The translations under genes were made by a program, and so were the position numbers. From Trypanosoma brucei (lineage: Eukaryota): a DNA stretch of 64,000 bases. This document shows positions 30,497 to 40,742 of the stretch, piece by piece (the stretch's first letter is position 1; every line of letters begins with the position of its first letter). Location: positions 1,440,001 through 1,504,000 of the forward strand of contig CH464491.1 of NCBI GenBank assembly GCA_000002445.1, read 5' to 3'. Below the pieces are notes generated by a model. That model saw only the letters and a list, made by a program, of their open reading frames with translations, was not told the DNA's origin and did not search any database.

Positions 30497-33400
30497 ATGG
30501 CTCTCGTGGAACCACTGGTAGGTCACTTATTGTCTAAGCACAACGACACCGTGATTGAGGGTCTTAGCAAAATAAAGAAAAATGCAACGGATAATGAGGG
30601 GTTTTCAACGGAGTTTTTACTTCATCCACAAGGTTTTGCAGCGCTTCAAAATGCACTATACAAGCAGGAACTTGCTGCTCCCGTTCTTCAAGCGATGGCA
30701 GAACTTGTGAAGTCGTGCAATAATGCTGGAGTTCGTTCGTTTGTTCTACGAGAAATGTGCCGTGGGCCATGCTTCAGCGTGCTGCGACATGCCCTCTCCG
30801 TGCTGTCCGATGCGACACTTCCAACGACGATTGCCGCGCTACAGTTTGCCTCTGTAGCTGCCGTTTATACGCCTAAAGTTCTTCTTTCGCGTTTTGGCAA
30901 TGTGGTCCCCTTTCACTTTGCCTGCTTCCGCCCGCAGTTGCCGTATTCTCAGCGGCGCATTCGTCTTGCGCGGGCGAAGTTTTTAATAGATCTTGTTATA
31001 TCCTCGCGTGCCGATGTTGCCGAGTCCGTTCTGTGTATGCACGGTTTTCTCACTCACCTCCTTGAGGACGCCGGAGAACTTCTTCAGGAAGGAACAGAAA
31101 CTGGTGTTGAAGTTGCACAAACTGCGCTACAGGTGTTCGGCAAGCGGTTCATTGACTCGCGGATCCCGCCAGCAAAGAAACGATCGGTTCTTCTTGCGCA
31201 GAAACACACACTCCGCTTACTGGTTAAGGCACTGGGCCATTCACTGGTCTCTGAGAGTGTGCTGCATATATTATACCGAACAGTTACTGAGCTAATGGAA
31301 TCACCGATGGATTTTCAGCTCATGCATGTCGATGAAGAGGACAAAGGAATGCCAAACCGGCTGCTTTTCTTCATTTTGAAGCGACTCCGACCGAGAAACA
31401 CACCGGCGGCAGCGCGGCTTCTGATATTTATCTTACACCAAGCACCAGGTCTTATTCGACCATACTTCACTCGTGCGTCTTCCCATCTGGAGGAGGAAAG
31501 CGGGAATGGTCGTGTAAGCGCGTCTATCGGAACAATTTCCACAATGAACGTTATAACACGGGCAATGTTGGCGCCAATACCTTACCATCTGGCAGCTGGC
31601 AAGGCGAAGCTGGAGCCTGTGGAGGCGAGGGCCACAACGTTTTTTACAATGAGCCCCGCACACGTAGCCGAGGAAGTGTGCCCACCGTGGGTAGCTGAAT
31701 ATGTTCATCGAATGATCAATGGGTCCACCGATCTACTGATGCTTTCCTTCGCTCTGCAAATGACGTACGCCATTCTAACACGAGCAAAAACCGTATTGGG
31801 TCTTGTGGTCAAACTACAAGAGAAACAGGGAAGAATCGAGGATGAGGAAAGTGTTGAAAGTGAAAATGAGGACAACGAGTGCGACTGGGACGCGTACAAC
31901 GCAAAGGTTCAGTCAGCGTTGTTGAAAACCGTTCCCAGTTGGGAGGAGTTTTGGCATCGGATGACCCAGCAACTTCATCACATGATGCTCCCGCCAGGCC
32001 GCAGTCCGCAGGAGGAGAACAACGGGTGGAAACCTGACGGGAAGGTCATGTTTTTGTCGCAGCGCATGTTCTTGTTGATGGAACTTTACAGCGAGGTGTT
32101 CCATCTTCGTATACCATGGTTGAGTGCCCTCCCAACGCGGCTTCCAGTGTTCCGTCCCTGTGATCAACCAATCGTAGATGCTTTGCGCCGTGGCGAGGTG
32201 GTTGTTTCGAGGTGGCCAGCTCCAGGTATTGCTGCGCTCTGTTCGCTCCTTGTGTCATCTCTCTCCCGGGGTGTCTCAATGACAAAAATGCACCATATTA
32301 CCATGAGCTCCCCAACGGGTGGTGTTCAGGAGTGGCCGTTGCTCCTGAACGTGGTGGCATGGGCCATCAAGCACCGAGACGAACCGAGTGAGGAGATTCA
32401 ATTTGCCCTTGCTTGGGTTGCGCGTCTACTTCAGTGGACTGTGCATAGTGTAACTGTGCGTTTTGTGTGCGAGTTGGAGGAGGCCTACTTGTGGCTTTCA
32501 GTGTTGAATGAGGCAACACTTCCCTGCTTTTTGCATATGATCAACAACTTACTCCAGCGGAGTTTATCAAAAACTGCGGACCGTGTAACACAGGAGTTAG
32601 CGCATGGGGAACACGGTGTGCTTGTTAACGCTGCGCGTACATTTGCAGCTAAGTTTGACGCAAAAACCTCGGGGAAGGACGATGGGGGTGGTGAAAATGA
32701 CATTAAATTCCTGAAAAGTGATGACAGCGGGGGCGTAAAGCGGGAGAAGAATAAAAGGGACGGGAAGAAGTTCGTGAAGGATTTATGGGTGCTTGATATG
32801 CAGGAGAATATGGCTTTGTTTAAATTAGTCATCGATCGTGTTGAACGAAAATGGTGCAACCGTGTGGATTTAATGAGGGAGCACCTACACTCTGTTTTTA
32901 CCGTATGCCATGAAGAGCATGGGAAGCGTCGAATCGCGCTTACGGTCTTGCAAGCAGAAAGAGAGCAGCGCGCGCTGCAGCCGCTGCACGATCAAGTGAT
33001 TGGCTTTTGCCGCACATTGACTCCTCCAACGCTAGTGGTTGATACGGAGGAGGCAGAAGTTCAACTCCTCTCATTCATTCGTGATTGCGATGTGAGGGAG
33101 GGACGGCAACGCGCGAAACTCATCCGGCGACTTAGCAAACACAGTAGTCCTACTCTGTGGTGTCGCTATCCAACGGTATGTTGGGAATTATCAGCACTCT
33201 TCTTGGTTCGGATTAAAACTCGCAGTGGAGAAAGGGACAATGATGCGATGAGCGAGACTACTGAAGTAAGCGACCTTGAGGATTTGAGTCAGGCCTTACT
33301 TCAGCTTGTAGGAGGAGAAATTGGTGATATCACGAAAGTGCTTTTGGAAAATAGCTCCAATGAAGGAAATGCCGTCGCATTCCTGTTCCTGCTCTTAGTT

Positions 33401-35251
33401 ACTGTTTGGACACTCTTGAAGGAGCATTCTAGTGTTTCCCATTATAGGAGCAGTACACGCACGACTATTGACGTGAATTTGTTCGCGCCCCTTTCAGTTC
33501 TGCTTCTGCGTACGTATTCGGGTACTCTGTCAATGGTGGACCGTATACGGTACTGCACGCTTCTATCTATGAATTACTTCCTTCGCGCGCAATCACAATC
33601 AAATCCACTGGTACCAGATGGGAATGATCCAATGGACTTGGAATCAACTCCCGAGGAGAGCGACAAATCAGAGGAAGCGGATGATGAGGGCTGTTGCGGG
33701 GACTCCCGTTGTTACGACAATTCAGCAGTTTTTAGTGGTATCGATGTACTGCAGTTTCTGACGGAACATCGCTTTCTTATAATGGACCATCAACGTGCTC
33801 CCCAAGTCACGCCTGAAGTCGATATGTTGTCTCTCCTCGTCGATGCCTGGACCCACGAGGAAGTGGCCACGGCAGCGTTACAGTGCCCTGTGAGGCTTCA
33901 CAATAACATTTTACTTTCACGGAGGGGTGATGTGGGCTGGGAACTGTTGCGCACCGTGTTCCCTGAATTCAACACGCCAAAGGACGTCGAGCTGGCCTCT
34001 TTTGACACGGTAGTTTCAGCCAATGTGATGGATCCTCGGTATCTTGTTCCTCTTCTTCATACTGTTCTCGCGATGCCGGCTGAACAGTTGCCACGACGGA
34101 ATGTTGGCACGAAGTGCATACCTGTTTTGTTGCGTTCTCTTTCCTTCACGGACTCGCACCTACGGCGCATGGGAGCGGCAGCGTTGGGTTCTGTGTGGAC
34201 GCCGAGTGGGCCGACGCGTATTGTTGTTGGATATACCCGGTTGAAGCTGACACAGTTGGCTGCTAAGAGGGAGCGTCAGTCCGGTAGTGGGAGCCGGCTT
34301 GAACGGCAGCAACAAACAGAAACTAGTGCTGAATGGAACTGCCCACTGCTACCAACACCTATATCTGCCTTCTTGGTCATGGCAATGGCTGTACTTGGAG
34401 ATGCACGGCATCCAATGTATCACGATGTTATGCATTTCTTGCTGGCAACAAAGGCAGCATTTTCGGACCCAGTACCGCTTCATCGGTTCCTGCTGTCGTT
34501 TCCACTGGCATGCATCACGACGCCAATTATGATCAAGCGCCACGAAGATATGAGAAACAAGGCAGACAAAAGTTCTATGGTGGCTGCTTCAGCCGAGGGG
34601 TTACTTGATCAGCTGCGTTCTGAAGGTCCAATCCACCTTGAGTTCGTCACCCGCCTCGTTGCACATGGATGTCAAACCTGTAGCGACATGAAGGCGATTC
34701 TGCATTCTGAGTCCCTGTATTCCCTCACCATGCTGATCTCTATGCTTGCTGCCGCGGATGACATTCGGCTTATGATGCTGCGATCTGTACACGCAATTTG
34801 CACTACATCCACAACTGTTGGCATAATGGCTGTATCCGACGGTCATATACTTCAGTGGTTGTTGGGATTTATACAACAGCTGACAGCGGAATACGGCAAG
34901 GACGTTCATTCATATGGAGGAGTGCTCTTTATGGAAGCTTTGTGTTTCTTGCAGAAACTCGCTTCACTCGCGTTTATGCTGCCGCTATACGGGCAACATG
35001 TGCGGCAGCAAGTGTGCATCATCCGTCGCGCGCTCACAGTGAACGGCGTGACAACTAAAGCTGTATTGGATGCTGTGGATACCGTTGCCGGGCAGTTAGA
35101 CGGCGAAGCGGAACTCACAGCGTCAGGAGCGTCGATGCTTCAAGGAAGGAGACGAAAAGTTCCTTTCCGTGGTCCTACCAATGGACACAACAATAGCCGA
35201 ACCAGTAGAGGCGGGTATGGCAGTCGTTCAGGGAATCGTCGACGGCGCTGA
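30497..35251 (+). CDS. Very large (1584 aa) helical-repeat protein with a C-terminal RGG/Arg-rich tail, possibly a nucleolar pre-ribosome factor (URB1/NPA1-like; low confidence).
   Basis: Uninterrupted 4.75-kb ORF, predicted alpha-helical throughout. Acidic stretches (EDEESVESENEDNE; ESDKSEEADDEG). The terminal NNSRTSRGGYGSRSGNRRRR is an RGG/RG-type motif typical of nucleolar and RNA-associated proteins. Confidence 0.65.
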   Translation: MALVEPLVGHLLSKHNDTVIEGLSKIKKNATDNEGFSTEFLLHPQGFAALQNALYKQELAAPVLQAMAELVKSCNNAGVRSFVLREMCRGPCFSVLRHALSVLSDATLPTTIAALQFASVAAVYTPKVLLSRFGNVVPFHFACFRPQLPYSQRRIRLARAKFLIDLVISSRADVAESVLCMHGFLTHLLEDAGELLQEGTETGVEVAQTALQVFGKRFIDSRIPPAKKRSVLLAQKHTLRLLVKALGHSLVSESVLHILYRTVTELMESPMDFQLMHVDEEDKGMPNRLLFFILKRLRPRNTPAAARLLIFILHQAPGLIRPYFTRASSHLEEESGNGRVSASIGTISTMNVITRAMLAPIPYHLAAGKAKLEPVEARATTFFTMSPAHVAEEVCPPWVAEYVHRMINGSTDLLMLSFALQMTYAILTRAKTVLGLVVKLQEKQGRIEDEESVESENEDNECDWDAYNAKVQSALLKTVPSWEEFWHRMTQQLHHMMLPPGRSPQEENNGWKPDGKVMFLSQRMFLLMELYSEVFHLRIPWLSALPTRLPVFRPCDQPIVDALRRGEVVVSRWPAPGIAALCSLLVSSLSRGVSMTKMHHITMSSPTGGVQEWPLLLNVVAWAIKHRDEPSEEIQFALAWVARLLQWTVHSVTVRFVCELEEAYLWLSVLNEATLPCFLHMINNLLQRSLSKTADRVTQELAHGEHGVLVNAARTFAAKFDAKTSGKDDGGGENDIKFLKSDDSGGVKREKNKRDGKKFVKDLWVLDMQENMALFKLVIDRVERKWCNRVDLMREHLHSVFTVCHEEHGKRRIALTVLQAEREQRALQPLHDQVIGFCRTLTPPTLVVDTEEAEVQLLSFIRDCDVREGRQRAKLIRRLSKHSSPTLWCRYPTVCWELSALFLVRIKTRSGERDNDAMSETTEVSDLEDLSQALLQLVGGEIGDITKVLLENSSNEGNAVAFLFLLLVTVWTLLKEHSSVSHYRSSTRTTIDVNLFAPLSVLLLRTYSGTLSMVDRIRYCTLLSMNYFLRAQSQSNPLVPDGNDPMDLESTPEESDKSEEADDEGCCGDSRCYDNSAVFSGIDVLQFLTEHRFLIMDHQRAPQVTPEVDMLSLLVDAWTHEEVATAALQCPVRLHNNILLSRRGDVGWELLRTVFPEFNTPKDVELASFDTVVSANVMDPRYLVPLLHTVLAMPAEQLPRRNVGTKCIPVLLRSLSFTDSHLRRMGAAALGSVWTPSGPTRIVVGYTRLKLTQLAAKRERQSGSGSRLERQQQTETSAEWNCPLLPTPISAFLVMAMAVLGDARHPMYHDVMHFLLATKAAFSDPVPLHRFLLSFPLACITTPIMIKRHEDMRNKADKSSMVAASAEGLLDQLRSEGPIHLEFVTRLVAHGCQTCSDMKAILHSESLYSLTMLISMLAAADDIRLMMLRSVHAICTTSTTVGIMAVSDGHILQWLLGFIQQLTAEYGKDVHSYGGVLFMEALCFLQKLASLAFMLPLYGQHVRQQVCIIRRALTVNGVTTKAVLDAVDTVAGQLDGEAELTASGASMLQGRRRKVPFRGPTNGHNNSRTSRGGYGSRSGNRRRR

Positions 35252-36374
35252 GGTCGCAATGGTGTGAAGGACGCTGCTGCTGCTTTTTGGGGTTCCTCGT
35301 TTTAGTGGAAGAGAGGAAGTGTGGTGGCTTACAGATGAGAAGGGCAATAGTCAGCGTGCGTGAAAGGGTGACAAGGGATATGGTGGCGAGTAGTGGTCGT
35401 TGTTAATAGTATGCGAGACGATGTCCCTAAGAATATGGAATAAAGGATGGGCGATACGAGCATTTTAACACCTATTGCTGAAGACGATTAAACGAATAAC
35501 TAGCTGAAATGTGAACTTATGTGCCTGCACGCCAGGTGATAAGAGATGTGTTGGCACAGGAAAGGGGAGATAACGTTGCGTTGCGGGTTGAAAGAGGGAG
35601 GTGTGTGATATGGGAGGAGATAAAAAGGTAACTGTGGGTGTTTGAAAAACATGTATAAGGAAACGGGCACACCCACACGGAAACACGCAAATATCTGTTC
35701 TCAACTACACTCTTCCGTCGCGTGAAACGGAACCCTTGGGTTTCACATACCTCACTTTCTGAAGTCACTGCGCAATCAGTGCTGGTACCGGTTGTAAATA
35801 ATCTTTTGTCTTATTTAGGGGGGGGGCTGGATCCCCATCTACTCATCTTATCGGACAAGGCGTTACACCCCTGTGCAAGCGTACTACTGGTGTTCACTCT
35901 AATGAGGACATTGCGACTAAATGTTTACTTCTAAGTTTTGACCACTTCTTTGTTTTAGCCTTTTTTGTCTTCACCTTGATTGCTCGTTTCCATATATATT
36001 TGTTTTGCCGATTGCCCCACCTATTTTCCCTTTTATTCTCTCATTTTTACCCGTACCGCCTTATGATGCACAAGTGTTTTTCCACGCAGTAGGTAGCGGC
36101 TGCTATTGCGGGGGGAAGGAAGTACTGAAAAAGTGACGCGAGCCAATTATATTAATACATATAGAGGAGTGGAAAGAGGAAGCCATAATAAAGAATCATA
36201 AAGCGTGGAGAAAAACTATTTGCGGCAGGTTACCCAAAGCACACGTGGACAAGCAGAGGCTTGTATATCCATATACATATATGGATATACGTCGATTTGC
36301 GTTTAGAGTACAATAAGTTTTTCTCTAGTTGTATCAGGGGGTTGCTTACTCCCGTTACGTTTCTTTAACCTCTC

Positions 36375-39281
36375 ATGAATTGCAACTGTGGCACACCAGT
36401 GCGTTGTGTAGTAGACAAAAGTGGCAAAATCTGTTACGTATGCCAATATCACAGATGCCGCTTTTGTGCCAACTCCCCCATTCAGGCAGAGGGTTGGCGT
36501 CGTATTGTTCCTCAACCTCCACCAAGAAACGGTTCGGGAGCTGTTTCCAGTATGGAGACATGTGCTATTCTGCGATTTGAAGCCCTTCTGCATCCGGAAA
36601 AAAAGGTGATGTATTGCACCGCCACACCGACCGCGCCGATGTGCAAGGAAGTGCTGGCGGTGTTGGAGGACGAACAGTTCAAACCAATGTGGTATGTGAA
36701 AAGGATGGCGTATGTTTACCCGATAGAATCATACGAACGTTTGATTCTTGCGCTCCGAAAGTTCTCTTCACATCAGCTGCAGGTAGAAAAGATACCACCG
36801 TTTTTCTTCAGTTGTGTACAAGCTGCGAAGGACAACGTACTTGAGCATGAGAAGCAGGTGAAGGTGAATCTGTCTCAGGGTCCAGATCCAGATGATGTGG
36901 TTTACTCTCAACTACACCCTTTTCAAAAACGAGGTGTGGGATTTGTTATTGCTCGTGGGGGTCGTGGGATGATTGCAGATGACATGGGTCTTGGTAAGAC
37001 AGTCCAAGCGATTGCCTTTGCCCATCACTACCGTAACGAGTGGCCACTGCTTATCATTTGCCCGCTTTCCTTGGTAGACAATTGGGAAAAGGAAATAATC
37101 CGATTTTGCTCGATACCGGTAGGGCGGATAGCCACGGCACACACAACAAAGAGGTTTCGCATCGATGGAGTTCATAGTATTGTTATTGTACCGTACTCAT
37201 CTTTAAAATGTCTCGAGGGTGTCTCGGTGACCTTTAAGGTTGTTATAGTGGATGAGTCGCACTACATAAAATCAGGCACCGCTCAGCGAACTACAGCAAC
37301 ACTTAAACTGTGTCGTGCAGCCAAACGAGTCCTGTTGCTTTCAGGAACTCCTGCTATGTCTAGGCCTGTCGAACTATATTCTCAGCTTCAGGCCTTCGTA
37401 AACCCTTCATGCATGCCGTCAAAAACACAATTTTGCGCGAGGTACTGCAATTCTTTTCAAGGCCGCTTTGGTGTAGACTGCACCGGACACTCCAATATCA
37501 GCGAATTGCATGCGTTAATACAGCATTTTGTTGTCCGTCGAACAAAAAGTGAACTGGCGAACGAGTTACCGTCAAAGAGCAGGCATTTGCTCTATCTGTA
37601 CATTACACCAAAAGAAAAAGCAGCCCTTGAAAAGGATATTACAAAACTGCGTGAATGCCTGAGAAATGGTTTGGCATTGCCGGGTTTGACAGATCCCCTG
37701 ACACCTTCTGCGTTTGCGTCAGATCCTCATGGCACTCCTGGTGGTCCTCCATCGCAATACTCAGCAGGTAAGCAACTAAATATTCTCGAGCTGCGCACAG
37801 CAACAGCGAGGGCAAAAACAACGGCTGTCCAGGACTACATACGTGGCGTAGCAGAGCAACTCGTTGAAACAAATGAAAAAATGATCGTTTTTGCCCACCA
37901 CCGTGTCATGTTAGATGGCATTCGCGATGCCATTGAATCTGTCAACCCGCGAAAGCCCCTAGACTATATTCTCATTTGTGGAAATACGGCCGCCGCACAG
38001 CGTGAGGAATTGCTTAACCATTTCCGTACATCACCCACCTGTCACCTTGCTGTATTGTCTATGCTCGTTTGCGGAGTGGGGCTAAATTTGACATGCGCAA
38101 CGATGGTTGTCTTCACTGAACTTGACTGGAACCCATGTACACATTTGCAGTGTGAGGATCGTGTGCATCGCATCGGGCAATCGTCATCATGCTTTATCAA
38201 GTATCTCCTAGCTGAAGGAACCTCTGACACCATCATTTGGCCACTGCTTCAAAACAAGCTGAGTGTCACAAAGGCACTACTGGAGGATGGCGCTGCTGCC
38301 AATGGTGTCAACGGTAGGTCTGACGGCCTTGTCAGCAAAAACACTAATGTGGAAAGTGTCCGTCGTTCTGATCTATCGACGACTCCACCTCTTCCGAAGG
38401 GAAGGCAGCTAACACTAGGAGAATGCAAGAGCAGTCAAACTTCAGGTCCTAGCACACCACGCACACCTTGCACAGAGCGTGCGGAGGAAACCCCTTCTTC
38501 TGCCGCTGAAGGTGATGGTAACAAAAAGACCAACGCCACGCAATTGCCTTCGCAGGGAGGTCAGACGGCGAAATCAGAAGAGAAGCCTGTTTTTATCGAT
38601 ATACCAACACTGCAGAAGCAGCGTCAAGAGAGGCAATCGAGTCTTGTTGTCCTGCAATCTACATGCAGCGGGGGGCAACCTGCTCCTAGTGTAGTGATTC
38701 CCGTTGCTGTTTCCCCTCAAATTTCTCCATCGGGTTCAAAACCACCCGTGACGACTGTGCTGTTGGGAAAGGGTGTGGTCAGTAACGAACCGCAGATAAG
38801 CACAGCGGAGAAACAAGTATGTATTGCTTCTTCTGCCGCGCTTTCGCCAATGCCAGACCTTGCTGCTAATATAACCCCTGCTGCTGCCATTACCTCCCCC
38901 CGTACTACTACTACTACTCAGGGTGTTACTAAGTTGGTTGAAAGTCCTGCCACCGGCCCTATTTGTTCCCCGTCTACTCAACTTCGACCAACGCCGCCGT
39001 TTTGTTCTCCCTGCGGTACTGTGAGGAGAACACCTTTTGTGCTTAGTCCCGCAATTGCGATATCTGCTCCTTCAAGCGTATCTCAGGGTGTAGGTGGGAC
39101 ATGTGTGTCTGCAGTTCCCTCCAACAGGGATGTGGATGATGGTGTCTTGCTTTCAAATGCATCAGCAGTGTCACAATCTGAGGCCTTACGCAGTTACAAC
39201 TCAAGGCGCACGCGATTTACCGTAGGAAGTGTGGGGGAGAAGCGAGTGCGAAACAACAATGAAACCGGTGAGACTCAGTGA
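36375..39281 (+). CDS. SNF2-family ATPase of the SMARCAL1/ZRANB3 (annealing helicase) subfamily.
   Basis: LHPFQKRGVGFVIARGGRGMIADDMGLGKTVQAIAFAHHYRNEWPLLIICPLSLVDNWEKEI is motifs Q, I and Ia and is nearly identical in pattern to human SMARCAL1/ZRANB3. DESH box (VVIVDESHYIKS). LLSGTP (motif III). Helicase-C motifs (LSMLVCGVGLNLTCATMVVFTELDWNPCTHLQCEDRVHRIGQ). N-terminal Cys cluster (CNCGTPVRC...CYVCQYHRCRFC). About 300 aa of S/T/P-rich low complexity at the C-terminus. Confidence 0.9.
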   Translation: MNCNCGTPVRCVVDKSGKICYVCQYHRCRFCANSPIQAEGWRRIVPQPPPRNGSGAVSSMETCAILRFEALLHPEKKVMYCTATPTAPMCKEVLAVLEDEQFKPMWYVKRMAYVYPIESYERLILALRKFSSHQLQVEKIPPFFFSCVQAAKDNVLEHEKQVKVNLSQGPDPDDVVYSQLHPFQKRGVGFVIARGGRGMIADDMGLGKTVQAIAFAHHYRNEWPLLIICPLSLVDNWEKEIIRFCSIPVGRIATAHTTKRFRIDGVHSIVIVPYSSLKCLEGVSVTFKVVIVDESHYIKSGTAQRTTATLKLCRAAKRVLLLSGTPAMSRPVELYSQLQAFVNPSCMPSKTQFCARYCNSFQGRFGVDCTGHSNISELHALIQHFVVRRTKSELANELPSKSRHLLYLYITPKEKAALEKDITKLRECLRNGLALPGLTDPLTPSAFASDPHGTPGGPPSQYSAGKQLNILELRTATARAKTTAVQDYIRGVAEQLVETNEKMIVFAHHRVMLDGIRDAIESVNPRKPLDYILICGNTAAAQREELLNHFRTSPTCHLAVLSMLVCGVGLNLTCATMVVFTELDWNPCTHLQCEDRVHRIGQSSSCFIKYLLAEGTSDTIIWPLLQNKLSVTKALLEDGAAANGVNGRSDGLVSKNTNVESVRRSDLSTTPPLPKGRQLTLGECKSSQTSGPSTPRTPCTERAEETPSSAAEGDGNKKTNATQLPSQGGQTAKSEEKPVFIDIPTLQKQRQERQSSLVVLQSTCSGGQPAPSVVIPVAVSPQISPSGSKPPVTTVLLGKGVVSNEPQISTAEKQVCIASSAALSPMPDLAANITPAAAITSPRTTTTTQGVTKLVESPATGPICSPSTQLRPTPPFCSPCGTVRRTPFVLSPAIAISAPSSVSQGVGGTCVSAVPSNRDVDDGVLLSNASAVSQSEALRSYNSRRTRFTVGSVGEKRVRNNNETGETQ

Positions 39282-40140
39282 AAACTCTAGTTGTTTTATA
39301 TTTGGTTAAAATATATTTACTTGTTTTTGCTTTTACGTTCTCTTCCCTTGTGTACCGTTAGCGGTGTTTTGTTTACATATGGCAAATGGTGGTCAGATGA
39401 GGTGAAGCCAGTTCCCTTCCTTGTAGCCACAAACATATAGGTGCAGTTCTTAATTCATGCGGAAAAAAAATCAATTATTTATGTGCAGTGTTTTTCTGAG
39501 TTTTGTATACTCGGTCGCTTTTTTTTTCTTTTTTTTTTGCGGCGGGTGAGGGAGCATGAATACGTCGGTGTCGTTTGCAGTGACACTTTATAAGTATGTG
39601 CGGTGCCCTCATATGGATTGGAGTTATGGTTCATGAAACACGGTAAATTTGTTGATTCTTTTTACATTTGGAGTTCTTTGGCATAAGAATGGATGCGTCA
39701 GAGGGGGGAAGGAAAGGTGGAGGAGCAGAAGGAGGAGGAGGAGAACTTTGAGGGAAAATGTTATTTGTGGTGGTCCCACGGTGGGATTTATGCAAATGAC
39801 CGCTCTGCTGCGCGACCCATAAAAGTGGTAACCACCATCTCTTCGGGATCTCTTATCTTTTTTTTTCTCTTTGCTTTTGTTTTCGTTGAGAGGAGTATAG
39901 TCCAACGGCAGTCCCCTAAATGTTTGGGGTTGTATTTTAACACTTGTCATAATTTTTTTTCTTTACATTGTTGCACAATTCTGTGCTAACTAGTTCCTTA
40001 CCCGCCGCCTTGTATTTCAGTAGCCTGAATATGTGTCTCTTTGCATGCGCGTACTTGGTGGGTGAGAAAACAACGAAAGGTAACTTATGCAGTAAAAAAA
40101 AAAGAAATAAGAACATTTGTGCTCGTCACCGCTCACTGCG

Positions 40141-40226
40141 CCTGATTACCTCTTTTTGCATCTCTATCTCCTTTTTTTTTGTTTTAATCTTCTCTTTTTG
40201 TTACCTCCCATTGCCTTGCATATAGA
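40141..40226 (+). promoter_or_regulatory. Polypyrimidine tract plus AG, a putative splice-acceptor region for the USP gene, followed by a purine-rich 5'UTR of about 500 nt.
   Basis: A C/T-rich run (cctctttttgcatctctatctcctttttttttgttttaatcttctctttttgttacctcccattgccttgcatatag) is followed by a strongly G/A-rich stretch from about 40300 to 40740 that ends at the ATG at 40743. Confidence 0.4.
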
Positions 40227-40742
40227 CGCGGTACTCCCCTCATCTTTACAATATATTTAAGCACTTTTAGAAATCGTACACTTGCAATCGGGGGAGAGTT
40301 GAGTGAGATCAACGGAGCGATTTCGATTTTTTTTTTTCGTTGTTGTTTGAGGAGTAAGGACAGGAAAAAAAACTAACCGGGGAAAAAGGGGAAAATAGTT
40401 AATATATTTATAGTTAGGTGTATAGTCGAAAAGGGATATTGGGGGCGAAGAAGCGGAAAGCACAAAAGGAAAGAAGGAGGGAAGTGAAAAGGAATTTTAG
40501 GGAAAGCGTAATAACAAAGAAAATAAAAGGGAAAAAGTAGAAATCTAACCGTATAATTTGGGTGTAAAGGGTGCGACGTGGGCCATTACCGGCGCGAGGG
40601 GATCGAGGTATTTTTCTGAACGCGGGAATAAACTAGTGGGGAATTGAACAGGAGGGAAGGGGGAGGAAATAATTTTGTATACCTCAAGGAAGAGTAACGA
40701 GATACCTGTGTAAGATAGCGGTGGTCACAACTCTGTGAAATA

